From positions 1,658,287-1,722,286 of the forward strand of contig JAWQFM010000008.1 of assembly GCA_033442325.1 (NCBI GenBank): a stretch of DNA of 64,000 nt. The letters run 5' to 3'. How positions within the stretch are numbered: position 1 is the stretch's first letter; each line of letters starts with the position of its first letter. Shown one piece after another: positions 61,663 through 64,000 of the stretch. Under the pieces are notes generated by a model, which saw only the letters and a list, made by a program, of their open reading frames with translations, made no database searches and was not told where the DNA came from. Source of the DNA: Salpingoeca rosetta (lineage: Eukaryota > Protista > Choanoflagellata). The position numbers were made by a program, and so were the translations under genes.

Positions 61663-62906
61663 CACTGTGTTTATTATGTGGTGTGGGATTGCGACGAAAG
61701 CACAGAGGTGCGGATGAGTGAAGAAAGCGTCTGTGGTGCCCCGTCACTTCTTCACTGTCACTTGTCACGCTCACTCCAGCTGGTACCCCCTTCACGTGCT
61801 GTCTTTTCTTGTGTCTTTTGCAGTTTCGCACATTCAAGATTGTGTACAGACGATATGCCGGCCTGTTCTTCTGCTTGTGCGTGGACATCAACGACAACAA
61901 CCTTGCGTACATGGAGGCCATCCACAACTTTGTCGAGGTGCGCAGAGACACCCTTTGTGTGTGTGTGTGCACTGGCGCTTTGTAGTTTTGTTTGTTTGGT
62001 GTTCGTGTGTGTGTTTCGTGTGTGTGTGTGTGCGTGTGTGCCGTTTGCATTGCACGCACATGCCTGCCTTTCTCTTCTCTGACTCAAACTTGTCGGTTGT
62101 GCTTGTGGCTGGCAGATTCTCAACCAGTTTTTCACAAACGTGTGCGAGCTGGATCTCCTGTTCAACTTTTACAAAGTGTATGCGTTGGTGGACGAGATGT
62201 TCTTAGCGGGTGAAATCCAAGAAACCAGCCCCGCAAAGGTAGGACACATGTGCGCGTTGCCTCGCTTTGGCTCTGCCCCCCTCCCCCTCTTCTTCTCTTC
62301 TGCTCGCCGTTTCCTTTACTTCTCTTCCGCTACTCCCACTCGATGTTTCCTTATGTTTTGCAACTCGCCCTCGGATCTCCTTCCTCCCTCCTCCCTCCTC
62401 CCTCCTCCCTCCTCCCTCCTCCCTCCCCCCTCTTTTGCCTTCTGCACCCTCCCCACGTCCCTTGCTTCCTTCCTTGTCCACCAACAACCGCAGGATAAGC
62501 CGGTTGCTTTGATGTTGCACTGATTATGCAACGGTAGCCCCTGCGAACACGAACATGCACACTTTTTATGTCTGATGACTGAACTCGACTTGCCACCCTC
62601 TCATGGGCGGCATTCTCCCATTCAGCCATCCTAGTGGTGTGCGAAACCTTCCTTTCAAACCTTTTGCACCTTTCCCCTCTTGTTGATCTCATACCTCCTG
62701 CTTTCGTGTTAACATCTTCTTCGTCGTTACGCTTTGTCCTGTGCAAGCGCACACACTCACTCTCACTCACTCACGTACTCACACTCAACGCACGCACACA
62801 CACACACACACACACAATGACCCACTCGTCCCCCTCACCCACTTCGCCCGCCCTTTTTTCTGAACAGGTGTTGAAACGGCTGGAGATCCTCACCACCATG
62901 GATTGA
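61151..62906 (+). CDS. AP2S1: AP-2 clathrin adaptor sigma subunit
   Basis: ATG|gtgag first coding exon, then [18 protein letters not shown]|[23 protein letters not shown]|[31 protein letters not shown]|[38 protein letters not shown]..|[12 protein letters not shown]. Confidence 0.97.
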
Positions 62907-63397
62907 TCAAGCCATGCCGCATTTGTTGCGGGCACGACGTGTTGTGCTGTCATCAAGCGTCCCCGGCTTCTGTTCTCATAGTTTGATCCACCGTTTGCTG
63001 CTGTTACCCCGTGCGCTGATCCTTACCGCCGATGGCTGATGACATCATGTGCATCACAAAGCCAACCCATTCCGCGACACCTCTCCTCCTCTCTTCCGTT
63101 CTCCCCTCCCCTCCTTTTTAACTCTGTTTTCCCTCTTTGACTGTCGTTTACTTGCTTGTGTGTACATATGGCAGCAAGGTGCGCACAATCGCTGTTTGCG
63201 CCTTGCGTCCTCCTCCTTCTGATCTGTATAAAAGTACATGATCCCAATATGGCAAGGTGACGCATCCAAACGAGCTTGCAACGTGTTTGTGCCGGTGTTG
63301 GTGGTGTCTGGTGTCAGCAGTGGCACGGTCTGTCACACACACACACACTCTCTCTCTCACAAACAACACACACGCACACACGCACGCACAATGTGTG

Positions 63398-64000
63398 TCA
63401 GCATCGGTATTGGCGGAGGATGTGGGTGTGGAGACGTGGAACGATGAGCAGTTGTACAAGTGCGACAAGCACAAGAATGGTCGGTATCAGCCACACCACA
63501 GACGTTGGAACCAGCCCAAACACAACGTTCTCCTCAACGACAAGCGTGAACCGTAGCACTGGCTCCCCATCTCTCTGATGTCGGTACATGGGCACACTGG
63601 CGTACTCTCCGGTGACGCACAGAGTGCTGCAGCCACCGGCGCCCGGTGAGATGGGCGCTCCCTTCACATCTGTTCTAAAGATGATCTTGCTCGTGTCGAG
63701 CAGCTGCCGTCGTTGTTGCTGTTGTTGCTGTTGTCGCTGTTGTCGTTGTTGCTGTTGTTGTTGGAGCCGTTGAACACGCCTGGAGCCGGTGTGATCCACA
63801 ACAGCCGTGTCATCGCCTTGGTCGGCGAGAACAACCCCAAGTGAAGCAGGCTCGGGGGAAAAGCTGTCGTGCTCCTCGGCATCCTTGCCACAGGCGAAGG
63901 TGAGTGTAAACAGGGACGGCACCACACCAACATACGACACGCGCGCCTCATAGCTGGTGGCGGGCCTCAGCCCAGCAACGTCAAAGCACACCGTCTTCCC
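63398..64000 (-). CDS. Type I membrane protein, possibly Pga1-like (GPI mannosyltransferase II accessory subunit); 5' end lies outside the window
   Basis: GLRPATSYEARVSYVGVVPSLFTLTF..RRQLLDTSKIIF..FTLVVEENVVFGLVP followed by a C-terminal TM helix. It resembles the recalled plant/fungal 'YEVKISYPASIP..RRLLNTEKIIF' family. The family call is tentative. Confidence 0.55.
   Translation of the reverse strand, partial: GKTVCFDVAGLRPATSYEARVSYVGVVPSLFTLTFACGKDAEEHDSFSPEPASLGVVLADQGDDTAVVDHTGSRRVQRLQQQQQQRQQRQQQQQQQRRQLLDTSKIIFRTDVKGAPISPGAGGCSTLCVTGEYASVPMYRHQRDGEPVLRFTLVVEENVVFGLVPTSVVWLIPTILVLVALVQLLIVPRLHTHILRQYRC

Overview
Eukaryotic, gene-dense and intron-rich DNA with (CA/TG)n microsatellites in most introns and two N gaps. 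The style and gene content fit a choanoflagellate such as Salpingoeca rosetta (inference). Most ORF-track entries are microsatellite artefacts. Splicing by eye (GT/AG, phase-matched) gives 14 protein genes: an SH2-SH2-polyQ-beta-domain-LRR protein (runs off the left edge), METTL3, a RasGRP-like GEF, transaldolase, a low-complexity protein with a histone-fold/Rrn9-like core, a short EFCAB5-like protein, an intronless bacterial-type 'MEDKW..HRSWTG' gene, CLN3/battenin, RBM19/MRD1, a CDK-site-rich zinc-knuckle protein, a SIM/degenerate-RING/BIRC6-type UBC fusion, atypical E2F7/8, AP-2 sigma and a Pga1-like membrane protein (runs off the right edge). The most interesting signals are: (i) a cell-cycle-like module at 45-61 kb, with a CDE/CHR-like element and clustered MYB and E2F motifs between an unknown CDK-substrate-like zinc-finger gene and a SUMO-directed E2/E3 hybrid, next to E2F7/8; (ii) the SH2-LRR gene with NLR-style 84-nt LRR exons; (iii) a probable HGT gene with a CUG-initiated, mitochondrial-presequence-like extension; (iv) complementary TG/CA tracts inside introns. 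All family assignments are from recalled motifs; no database searches were run.
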